Assembly: GCA_002269645.1 (NCBI GenBank)
Contig: NIVC01001958.1
Location: 28,749-92,748, forward strand
Direction: 5' to 3'
Length of the DNA stretch: 64,000 nt
Source of the DNA: Macrostomum lignano
Taxonomy: Eukaryota
Part shown: positions 1 through 23,700 of the stretch, in pieces
Layout of the letters: each line of letters begins with the position of its first letter
Position numbering within the stretch: position 1 is the stretch's first letter
Made by a program: the position numbers and the translations under genes
Notes under the pieces: model-generated
Seen by the model: only the letters and a program-made list of their open reading frames with translations
Database searches by the model: none
What the model was told of the DNA's origin: nothing

Positions 1-700
1 GGGGGGTGCTTGCTATCTGGGGGATGCTTTTTTTATTTTTTTTAGAGGCAGGGAGGTTGTGTGCACCCTGTCGCAATTTAAGCGTCATTGGCACACAACC
101 GGCGAGAGGCATTAACTGCCCATTCCGCCGACTCCCCTGAGCAGGCATACAAGCGCGCGGATACGTTACGCAGGCACACACTCACACAGGAGTGTACAGC
201 GGCCCTAACTTTATCAATTGTTAGGCATGTACACTTCACTGCGCCTTGGGGGGGGGGGGTTGACTCTCAAGGCCGTTAATTGCACAAGCGAGCCAAGCCA
301 AGATTCCAATCCAGCCCCAAATTAATGTGACTGCACTTGGAATCGAGCCTGGGTCGCGGCACACCAGAGCAGCTGCGCTACCGCTGGGCTACGGCCCCCC
401 TCTGGGGGATGCTTGCTATCTGGAAGATGCTTGCTATCTGAGGGATGCTTGCTATCTGGGAGATGCTTGCTATCTGGGGGATGCTTGCTATCTGGGGGAT
501 GCTTGCTATCTGAGGGATGCTTGCTATCTGGGGGGTGCTTGCTATCTGAGGGATGCTTGCTATCTGGGGGGTGCTTGCTATCTGCAGGATGCTTGCTATC
601 TGGGGGATGCTTGCTATCTGGGGGATGCTTGCTATCTGGGGGATGCTTGCTATCTGGGAGATGCTTGCTATCTGGGGGATGCTTGCTATCTTGGGGATGT
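1..700. repeat. 18-bp minisatellite (GGGGATGCTTGCTATCTG), interrupted by a SINE
   Basis: About 16 near-identical units at 401-700 plus units at 1-29; source of the spurious GDACYL and LSGGCL ORFs. Confidence 0.95.
30..400 (-). mobile_element. tRNA-derived SINE, full-length young copy
   Basis: Reverse complement of the copy at 32909-33267, with tRNA-like head and A-rich tail; 14-bp direct repeat TCTGGGGGATGCTT at 16-29 and 401-414 (TSD). Confidence 0.88.
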
Positions 701-1699
701 TTTCTATTTAGGGGGGATGTCTGTTATCTTTGTGAAAGCTTTATTTTGTCGTCTTTGTTAATTTTAGAAAAAAAGAGATTCATAGTAAACATCTTTGTCT
801 GCGACAATTTTACTTTGAAAAAGGTTCATTCTTAAAATGAATTTTTTAATTTAAATTTTTTAAACTTAAGAAGAAATTGGTTCTTAAGAAAATGTGCTAA
901 AATTGCTAGTATGGTCACTAACTTCAGAGGAAGGTCTAGGCTAGATAAGCTTGTAGCAAACAAAACCGCTGACGAGCATCAGACCGTCACTGGGAGACCT
1001 GGCGTCAGGCCACTTGCCGGGACAAATCATTGTACTCGTAGTAAGAAAACTAAAAAATTCAGCACGCTACTGCAGCCTGCGGGGGATGACTGGGCTGCAG
1101 GATAAACAGGAAACCATGGGGTGAGGTGCCGGCTCGTCCGTCTCCCATTCTGCCCTTTTTATTATCCCAAAAATCGAAGCAATAGGAGGAGAAAGAAGGC
1201 TCTGTTTGAGCAGAGTAAGAATTGGGAGTGTACAGTTTAAAAACTGCTCCCGGCATGCATGAGGAAGAGCTCATGAGGATAGCGAGGTCGGATAGATGAG
1301 GACAGGTGGTGTAGTACAACAGATAGCTGGGATAAAACACTACATCTAAGTGGCTGCTGCTGCTGGTCATGAAACAATGCGGTCCGCTGGCTCAGGCACT
1401 AGATTGAGCGTCACGCACAACCGGTGGGTGGGGACAGGATGGGAGCCGTCGGCTTCCACAAGTCAGAACTGATGGGAATTAAATGCATAACTGACTTGAT
1501 CAACAGATGGTGATAGGCAGTTCCTCTATTTCAGCTGTTCCTGCTCACCCACACGATGGGGCGAGGGCAGCTGGCGGGTCTTGTAGGGGGGGGGGGGCTG
1601 CAGTCTGCGGAGGAAAGCCTAGCCCGGTACAAGCTTTTTTGAGTGAGGACTTTTTGGTTGGCAACCGGGCAGAGCCTGCTGATTTCGTGCGCGGCCTCG

Positions 1700-1713
1700 G
1701 TTGTCATGGTAAC
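1700..1713. promoter_or_regulatory. RFX X-box motif upstream of the TRAF gene
   Basis: GTTGTCATGGTAAC fits GTHNYY-AT-RRNAAC exactly, about 310 bp upstream of ATG 2026; palindromic GGTTGGCAACC at 1656-1666. Function is inferred. Confidence 0.55.
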
Positions 1714-2025
1714 CACTCTGCTTGGCGTGGGTTTGGGGTGGGCGGCGAAGCTGAGGCTCTGCACTGGAGACCGGGCGAGGAACGAAATTGCGAGTGGCGC
1801 TGGGACAAACGGGAGAATAATGGGGTGGAGGGCGGAGGGACGGGGGATCGCAGAGCTGAGGGCTGCTCACTGGGCCAGGGATTGAGGAGTGGCGATGCAG
1901 GAAGAGAAAGCTGGCAATATCAGAGGCGGCAGAGCAGTCTTGGCTTAGCGCGGTCACTCCGGCTAAATCCAGTTAACTCGAGCTAGAGAACGAAGCACTG
2001 ATAGTTTCTGAACAGCGAAGACGCC

Positions 2026-13948
<11,923 letters not shown>

Positions 13949-14059
13949 GCTGGGAGGCTTGCGAAATGAAGTAGAGTGACGAGGACAGATCGAAGCAAAA
14001 AAATTCTGTTTTAAGCGACTGTTTTCTCTTGAAGTTGCGGTCATATTGGAGAAGAAATC

Positions 14060-15250
14060 TAGCTCTAGAAGTAGACTATATCTAGCTCTAGAGGTAGACT
14101 ATATCTAGCTCTGGAAGTAGACTATTTCTATCTCTAGAAGTAGACTATATCTAGCTCTAGAAGTAGACTATATCTAGCTCTAGAAGTAGACTATATCTAG
14201 CTCTAGAAGTAGACTATATCTAGCTCTAGAAGTAGACTATTTCTAGCTCTAGAAGTCGTATATCTAGCTCTAGAAGTAGACTATATCTAGCTCTAGAAGT
14301 AGACTATTTCTAGCTCTAGAAGTAGACTATATCTAGCTCTAGAAGTAGACTATTTCTAGCTCTAGAAGTCGTATATCTAGCTCTAGAAGTAGACTATATC
14401 TAGCTCTAGAAGTAGACTATTTCTAGCTCTAGAAGTAGACTATATCTAGCTCTAGAAGTAGACTATTTCTATCTCTAGAAGTAGACTATATCTAGCTCTA
14501 GAAGTAGACTATATCTAGCTCTAGAAGTAGACTATATCTAGCTCTAGAAGTAGACTATATCTAGCTCTAGAAGTAGACTATTTCTAGCTCTAGAAGTCGT
14601 ATATCTAGCTCTAGAAGTAGACTATATCTAGCTCTAGAAGTAGACTATTTCTAGCTCTAGAAGTAGACTATATCTAGCTCTAGAAGTAGACTATTTCTAG
14701 CTCTAGAAGTCGTATATCTAGCTCTAGAAGTAGACTATATCTAGCTCTAGAAGTAGACTATTTCTAGCTCTAGAAGTAGACTATATCTAGCTCTAGAAGT
14801 AGACTATTTCTATCTCTAGAAGTAGACTATATCTAGCTCTAGAAGTAGACTATATCTAGCTCTAGAAGTAGACTATATCTAGCTCTAGAAGTAGACTATA
14901 TCTAGCTCTAGAAGTAGACTATATCTAGCTCTAGAAGTAGACTATATCTAGCTCTAGAAGTAGACTATTTCTAGCTCTAGAAGTAGACTATATCTAGCTC
15001 TAGAAGTAGACTATATCTAGCTCTAGAAGTAGACTATATCTAGCTCTAGAAGTAGATACTATATCTAGCTCTAGAAGTAGACTATATCTAGCTCTAGAAG
15101 TAGACTATATCTAGCTCCAGAAGTAGACTATATATTGCTCTAGAAGTAGACTATATCTAGCTCCAGAAGTAGACTATATCTAGCTCTAGAAGTAGATACT
15201 ATATCTAGCTCTAGAAGTAGACTATATCTAGCTCTAGAAGTCGTGTATCT
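14060..15250. repeat. 23-bp minisatellite (TCTAGCTCTAGAAGTAGACTATA), probable TRAF 3' UTR
   Basis: About 50 units starting about 110 nt after the stop codon and lying before the first AATAAA (15332). Confidence 0.95.
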
Positions 15251-15331
15251 AGCTGGGTATTTCTGAGCTCTTTAAGAGATTGTGGCAGATGAACTGACGC
15301 AAAGCATGGCATGGCTTATAACAAATCTATT

Positions 15332-15337
15332 AATAAA
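15332..15337 (+). promoter_or_regulatory. Candidate polyadenylation signal of the TRAF gene
   Basis: First AATAAA after the stop at 13948, followed by U/GU-rich sequence. Confidence 0.45.
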
Positions 15338-15869
15338 ATAACTTTATTGTCTGTCGTTTGTTATTTTTTTCTGTCTGAAAAAATTGCAATATCTAAAATA
15401 TCCTGTCAATGCCACAATCGCACGGAACTTATTTATTTAAAATATTTTCCTCGTTAAACAGAAATTATCCAGTGACTACTTCTGTGTATCTATACGAGTC
15501 TTGAATTTTTTCACATTACTCCCGAGTCTGTAGATCCGATGCGATGAAAGACAGGTCAATCACAAGAGAATGTTTTTTTCTATTTCTTAGAAATTTTTGT
15601 CAAAATTGTGGCGACAACTTTATCTTTTGTCACTTTGATCTTCTGCAACTTCAGATGATGCAACTATTTTCTGTCAGCAGCTTTACTTTACTTTCAATGT
15701 CGACTGACCCGCTTTAAAATTTTTAATTACTCCTTCTTAAAATTGCCATTTTACTTTATCTGGCACTGTTAACTTGTATTTGGTCACAGATACAATGAGT
15801 CACTAAAATTTACTCTGGCAAATCAAGTGGGTCACTCTGCTGAGAATGAGTCACTCTCAAGCTTAGTGA

Positions 15870-17535
15870 GTCATTCTCAAACTGGGTGAGTCACTCTCAA
15901 ACTGGGTGAGTCACTCTCAAACTGGGTGAGTCACTCTCAAACTGGGTGAGTCACTCTCAAACTTGGTGAGTCACTTTCTAACTTTGTGAGTTACTCCCAA
16001 ACTTAGTGAGTCACTCTGAAACTTTATGAGTCACTCTCAAACTTGGTGAGTCACTTTCAAACTTAGTGAGTCACTCTCAAACTGGGTGAGTCACTCTCAA
16101 ACTTGGTGAGTCACTCCCAAACTGGGTGAGTCACTCTCAAACTGGGTGAGTCACTCTCAAACTGGGTGAGTCACTCTCAAACTTGGTGAGTCACTCTCAA
16201 ACTGGGTGAGTCACTCTCAAACTTGGTGAGTCACTCTCAAACTGGGTGAGTCACTCCCAAACTTAGTGAGTCACTCCCAAACTAGGTGAGTCACTCTCAA
16301 AATGGGTGAGTCACTCTCAAACTGGGTGAGTCACTCTCAAACTGGGTGAGTCACTCTCAAACTTAGTGAGTCACTCTCAAACTGGGTGAGTCACTCTCAA
16401 ACTGGGTGAGTCACTCTCAAACTTGGTGAGTCACTCTCAAACTGGGTGAGTCACTCTCAAACTGGGTGAGTCACTCTCAAACTTGGTGAGTCACTCTCAA
16501 ACTGGGTGAGTCACTCTCAAACTGGGTGAGTCACTCTCAAACTGGGTGAGTCACTCTCAAACTGGGTGAGTCACTCCCAAACTTAGTGAGTCACTCTCAA
16601 ACTAGGTGAGTCACTCTCAAACTGGGTGAGTCACTCTCAAACTTAGTGAGTCACTCCCAAACTTAGTGAGTCACTCTCAAACTGGGTGAGTCACTCTCAA
16701 ACTGGGTGAGTCACTCTCAAACTGGGTGAGTCACTCTCAAACTGGGTGAGTCACTCTCAAACTTAGTGAGTCACTCTCAAACTTGGTGAGTCACTCTCAA
16801 ACTGGGTGAGTCACTCTCAAACTTGGTGAGTCACTCTCAAACTGGGTGAGTCACTCCCAAACTTAGTGAGTCACTCCCAAACTAGGTGAGTCACTCTCAA
16901 ACTGGGTGAGTCACTCTCAAACTGGGTGAGTCACTCTCAAACTGGGTGAGTCACTCTCAAACTTAGTGAGTCACTCTCAAACTGGGTGAGTCACTCCCAA
17001 ACTGGGTGAGTCACTCTCAAACTGGGTGAGTCACTCTCAAACTTGGTGAGTCACTCTCAAACTGGGTGAGTCACTCTCAAACTTAGTGAGTCACTCTCAA
17101 ACTGGGTGAGTCACTCTCAAACTGGGTGAGTCACTCTCAAACTGGGTGAGTCACTCTCAAACTGGGTGAGTCACTCCCAAACTTAGTGAGTCACTCTCAA
17201 ACTAGGTGAGTCACTCTCAAACTGGGTGAGTCACTCTCAAACTTAGTGAGTCACTCCCAAACTTAGTGAGTCACTCTCAAACTGGGTGAGTCACTCCCAA
17301 ACTGGGTGAGTCACTCTCAAACTTGGTGAGTCACTCTCAAACTTGGTGAGTAACTCTCAAACTGGGTGAGTCACTCTCAAACTGGGTGAGTCACTCTCAA
17401 ACTGGGTGAGTCACTCTCAAACTGGGTGAGTCACTCTCAAACTGGGTGAGTCACTCTCAAACTTGGTGAGTCACTCTCAAACTTGGTGAGTCACTTTCAA
17501 ACTTTGTGAGTTACTCCCAAAGTTAGTGAGTCACA
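15870..17535. repeat. 20-bp minisatellite (GTGAGTCACTCTCAAACTGG) with a TGAGTCA motif in each unit
   Basis: About 83 units; degenerate units at both edges. Confidence 0.97.
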
Positions 17536-17992
17536 CCCAAATAAATCAGCATTGCTTTTTTCCGTCAGTCTGATCATGCAATCTGTTCATAATAGCCGTA
17601 AGCAACATCCGGTTTGCTAATTGCTCTTGCGTCATCGCATTAAATCTGTTTTGTGTCTAGATAGAGCAAAAATGCATAAGAAAATCTGCCACTGTCTGTC
17701 TGTCTTCACAGCGCCTTGCTTAGTTTTCTATCGGTTTTTGTCCGCGTTTTGGTAAAATTGTCAAGGAACTTTCTTGTGCATACGCAGGCTATGAGCTAAA
17801 GTCCTTTACTATCAGCTTTAAAAAACTGTAAAAGTCAGTATATACGATATCAGTGAATTTTCGTTGTTTCTGAATGGATTTTTTTGAATCATTTTGTTTG
17901 ACTACCATTTATTTGTTAATATCAATGTCACGTTTAAAAGGTTAGATCTCCACTACTCTGAGGGATAAGATTTCTTGAAAGGACTCTAAGGG

Positions 17993-18607
<615 letters not shown>

Positions 18608-19169
18608 TGACACGGTGCAGAAGGAAAGAAAGACAGAAGCAGCAGCAGCTCCTGACGCAGCTGTCTTGTCTGTAAAGACTTTTGACAGTTCATCAAACCC
18701 CGCAGCATCCTCTCTTTTTCAGCTCTTAGCTTTCTAAGCTCACGCCTTGCTCCACCCTCAGCGTCAACTCCCCCAGTGCTAGGGCAATCCTTCGAATTTT
18801 TAACAAAGATGGAAGTGAAATTCTCGGAAAATTCTAGAAAAATTGCAGAAAATGACTCCGCTTAATTGAGGCGCTTCCATAAAGAAAGGCCTGGAGGAGG
18901 AAGGCTCAGAGACCCAGATAATTACAGAGAGCTGGGGACACCTGTTCGACAGCAGCCCCGGCCCGGTCTGCTCATGTTCAACTGGGGAAAATTGCGCTCA
19001 ACATGCATCGACAGATGCGACCCTGAGTCAGTTGAGATAATTGGACAAACTGGAATTTCATACCAATTTTGGAAACGGTTGGACTTGCGTCTCCGGAGCT
19101 CGCTGTGCCAATCTGACTCAAATTTATCCTCTGAGCCTCCTGCCCTTCTCGTTTCAGAGTGATGCGCTG

Positions 19170-19835
19170 TGCCACTCTCTACCACTCTCTGCCACTCTCT
19201 GCCGCTCTCTACCACTCTCTGCCACTCTCTGCCGCTCTCTACCACTCTCTGCCACTCTCTGCCACTCTCTGCCACTCTCTGCCACTCTTCGCCACTCTCT
19301 ACCACTCTCTGCCACTCTCTGCCGCTCTCTACCACTCTCTGCCACTCTCTGCCGCTCTCTGCCACTCTCTGCCACTCTCTACCACTCTCTACCACTCTCT
19401 GCCACTCTCTGCCGCTCTCTGCCACTCTCTGCCGCTCTCTGCCACTCTCTGCCACTCTCTGCCGCTCTCTGCCGCTCTCTGCCACTCTCTGCCACTCTCT
19501 GCCGCTCTCTGCCACTCTCTGCCACTCTCTGCCGCTCTCTGCCACTCTCTACCACTCTCTGCCACTCTCTGCCGCTCTCTGCCACTCTCTACCACTCTCT
19601 GCCACTCTTTGCCGCTCTCTACCACTCCCTGCCACTCTCTGCCGCTCTCTGATATTTTGTCACTCTGTCGCTCTCTACAACTCTCTGAGTTCTGCCACTC
19701 TCCGAGTTCTGCCACTCTCTACGACTCTCTGCCACTCTCCGAGTTCTGCCACTCTCTGAGTTCTGCCACTCTCTGAGTTCTGCCACTCTCCGAGTCCTGC
19801 CACTCTCCGAGTTCTGCCACTCTCTACGACTCTCT
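19170..19835. repeat. 10-bp minisatellite (GCCACTCTCT) grading into a 20-bp variant
   Basis: Directly visible period; source of the AESGREWQRV and LPLSATLCHS ORFs. Confidence 0.95.
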
Positions 19836-20731
19836 GCCACTCTATCCTATTCGTCTGTTCCCTCTCTGTTTCTCTCAGCAGTGAATGAATTGTTTTTGTT
19901 TTTCGCGCTGCTCTTCAACTGCTCTTTATTAAGCAAGGTGTCAAGCTGATGACGCACTAAGACTCGCTTGCATTGCCACCGCGACCACCCACAGCATTTC
20001 GCCTGTGTGGGCGAGGGCGAGAGGGAGGCGCTGTAAAGTGACGCTTTATCTATCGAGTTTTGCACTGCCTCTCCCACCAGCAGCCAACCGCTGGCCAGCG
20101 AATCCTCTTCCCGTCCCTCCCCCTGCACATGGGGACCGCCACGGGTGTTCCAAAATCGCATAGGACCTTCCCAACCGCTCCAGCCTGTTCAGACCGAAGT
20201 TGTCCCTCTCCAGAGATCCCCTCCACTGATCGGGAAACCTGCCTTCCCCACTGCGATTCCTGCTCTCTCTCTCTGTCTCTCCGCCAGGCAGGGGGAGGCT
20301 GCAACATCCCCTACCCTCTCCTTTGCCCTACTCGCCTCCGCCGAAATCTCTTCTAACCCCAGTGCGAACCACGACCCCTCAGTCAGTGTCCCCACAGGCC
20401 CCCTCTCCCCGCTCCTCTCTCTCTCTCAGTGAAAATAAATATTTATTTGTGAGCCACCTCTACGCTCGCCCTAGCTCCCCTCTCTCTACTTTTCTCCTTT
20501 CAAATTCAATCCTCCTCTGGTTTTCTTCCCCAGATCGATCCCGCCACAGCCTTGGAAACCCCAGGCTCTCCTCTCTCTCACTCACTGCTCCCTTCATTTC
20601 TCTCCCCGCTGCCGCCTCTCCACCAGCCGACGGCAGAGCAAACTACGCTCACATTGTTCCAATAAAATTAACCAGTTTGATATTTTCCTTTGTTACTTTA
20701 GTCGGCTGAGATTCTCCATCATCCCCGCGTG

Positions 20732-23700
20732 ATGAAGCCGCTGTTGCTGTGTCTGACGCTGCTGCCCACCCTGGCGGCTCCTTCGGGGAGTTCCTACTTT
20801 GCCGAGCTGCCGGAGCACTACAGGCGCCGATTCGAGTCCGGGGACAAGTTCTCCACAGTAGTGGCATTCGTCCGGGAGGCCGTCAGCAACGCCAGCAGCA
20901 GCGGCGGCGGCGCCAGGCGCTGTCTGGGCACGCAGAACCGCAGCCGGTTCCCGCTGACAGCCTTCAGCAAGGAAGAGTCGGAGTGGCAGCGGCCGGTGCA
21001 CTACCGCGGATTTGACCGCTCGGTGCGGTCAGTTCTGAGCATAGCCAACCTGTTCAACTACATCTACCAGCTGGCCAACCGGCCGTTCGAGGCCTGGTTC
21101 CGGGTGATCAACGAGGCGGATGGCTACAACGCGCTCTGGTACAGCGTGGCCAGCTCCATTGTGGCCAGCGACTCGAGGGTCTTTGGCTGCTACGTGGTGC
21201 TGCTGAATGGCAGTTCGGTGCTAGAAACTGTACCGCACGCCTTCCGGCATGCCAATAGCAGTGTGCTGATTGAGAACTATGCTCAAAGGGTGAGGGGCGA
21301 CGTGGGCGGAGTGTAATACAGGCACAGTGTAATATAGGGATATATTGTAATATAGAGATTCGCGATCCCCCGAGATTCACGATCCCCGAGATTCACGATC
21401 CCCTCTAGATTCGCGATCCCCCGAGATTCACGATCCCCTCTAGATTCGCGATCCCCCGAGATTCACGATCCCCGAGATTCACGATCCCCGAGATTCACGA
21501 TCCCCGAGATTCACGATCCTCCGAGATTCACGATCCCCCGAGATTCACGATCCCCGAGATTCACGATCCCCTCTAGATTCACGATCCCCATAGATTCACA
21601 CCCCCGCCCTCTAGATTCACGAATAATACAGGCGACAGTGTAACCTGAGCCACCTGACTCTCACCAGGTGTCCATAGCGGGCCCGCCGCGCCCCGACCTG
21701 CTGGAGCCCGGGTTCGAATGGCTGGGGCGGCAGCAGAGCCATCAAATTGCCCAGCGGGTTGCCAGCCGTCCGAGCCAGCGGATGAGGATGAAGGACCAGA
21801 CATACCTGCAGCCGTTTACTTCCGGCCTGCTGCGGCTGCTGGACACCCGCGGCGAGGACGGCGGCTTGGGCGGTCAGGTGAAGGTGGTGACAGAGGCCGA
21901 GGGCTTCTGGAACCCGCCCGTGTTTGTGTGCCGTCTGGGCCGCTGGCTGTTCTCCTACGCTGTGCCCTTCCTCAGCGGCCAGCCCCGCTCGCTGGCTGTG
22001 AAGTGAGTCACCTCGGGTACACTTTCCGTTCACATGGTTAAATGTCCCGAGATTCACAATCCCCCGGGATTCACGATCCCCCGGGATTCACGATCCCTCG
22101 AGATTCACGATCCCCACCCGAGATTCACGATCTCCACTCGAGATTCACGATCCCCACCCGAGATTCACGATCCCCGAGATTCACTATTCTCTAGATTCAC
22201 GATCCCCACCCGAGATTCACGATCCCCCCGAGATTTACGATTCCCCGAGATTCACTATTCTCTAGATTCACGATCTCCACTCGAGATTCACGATCCCCAC
22301 CCGAGATTCACGATCCCCGAGATTCACTATTCTCTAGATTCACGATCCCCACCGGAGATTCATGATCCCCCGAGATTCACTATTCTCTAGATTCACGATC
22401 TCACGAGATTCACGATCCCCCGAGATTCACTATTCTCTAGATTCACGATCTCCACCCGAGATTCACGATCCCCGAGATTCACTATTCTCTAGATTCACGA
22501 TCTCCACCCGAGATTCATGATCCCCCGAGATTCACTATTCTCTAGATTCACGATCTCCACCGAGATTCACGATCCCCACCCGAGATTCACGATCCCCGAG
22601 ATTCACTATTCCCTAGATTCACGATCCCCACCCGAGATTCATGATCCCCCGAGATTCACTATTCTCTAGATTCACGATCTCACGAGATTCACGATCCCCA
22701 CCCGAGATTCACGATCCCCACCCGAGATTCACGATCCCCGAGATTCACGATCCCCCGAGATTCACGACCCCCGAGATTTACGATTCCCCGAGATTCACCA
22801 TTCTCTAGATTCACGATCCCCAAAATTCAGCATTCCTAAACTTTGCAATCTCCAAAGCCACTTTGGCCCCTCTCCAAGTCGGCATGCGACATAGCGGCAA
22901 AGATCAAGGCAAAATTTTATCCAATGCCAATCATATAACTGCGCCTGGTCGAATTCTCCCACTTCTCAAAGTTTTCTTCTCCCTCTCTCTCTCTCCCGGT
23001 TGAACTCCCCAGCGTGCTTACCCAGATAAAAGAAGTCTTCAAACCGCAGAAATTCCCAACAGCACCCACCAGCTGGCGCTGAGATAAGACGCCTGCGCGC
23101 ACACAAAGACGATCAGGGACCCCCCTTTGAAGGCTTCCAGTGCACGTGATTTGGCACAGGGCGGCTCTGATTATCAATCAGACAGGCTGGCCGCCACTGG
23201 CTGCCAAATCAATGCGCATTGATTGAACGCTTCTGTGTTTGCACTGCTCTCTGGGCTGCTCTCTGCGCTCTTTATCTGATCATTCTCACCATAGGCATCG
23301 ACCTGATTCTAATGGCTTGTGACGGCCGCTGCACGCTTCATGGCAGGGTGTTGAGATGCCCGTGCGTCTGCTCCCTGCAACTCTTCATAATATTCCTCCC
23401 TTCTCTCCCTCTCTACTCTCCCCCTTCTCTCCCTCTCTACTCTCCCTCTCTACTCCCTCCGTTCTCCCCCTTCGCTCCCTATCTACTCTCCCTATCTAAT
23501 CTCCTTCTCTACTTTCCCTCTCTTCTCTCCCTCTCTACTCTCCCCCTTCTCTCTCTCTCTACTCTCCCTCTCTACTCTCCCTCTCCACTCTCCCTCTCTA
23601 CTCTCCCTCTCTACTCTCCCTATCTACTCTCCCTATCTACTCTCCCTCTCTACTCTCCCTATCTACTCTCCCTATCTACTCTCCCTATCTACTCTCCCTC

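Noticed and set aside
1059-1986. Short ORFs upstream of the TRAF ATG on both strands
   Set aside because: No recognisable domains or consistent splice structure; this is GC-rich promoter/UTR sequence and antisense shadows of exon 1.
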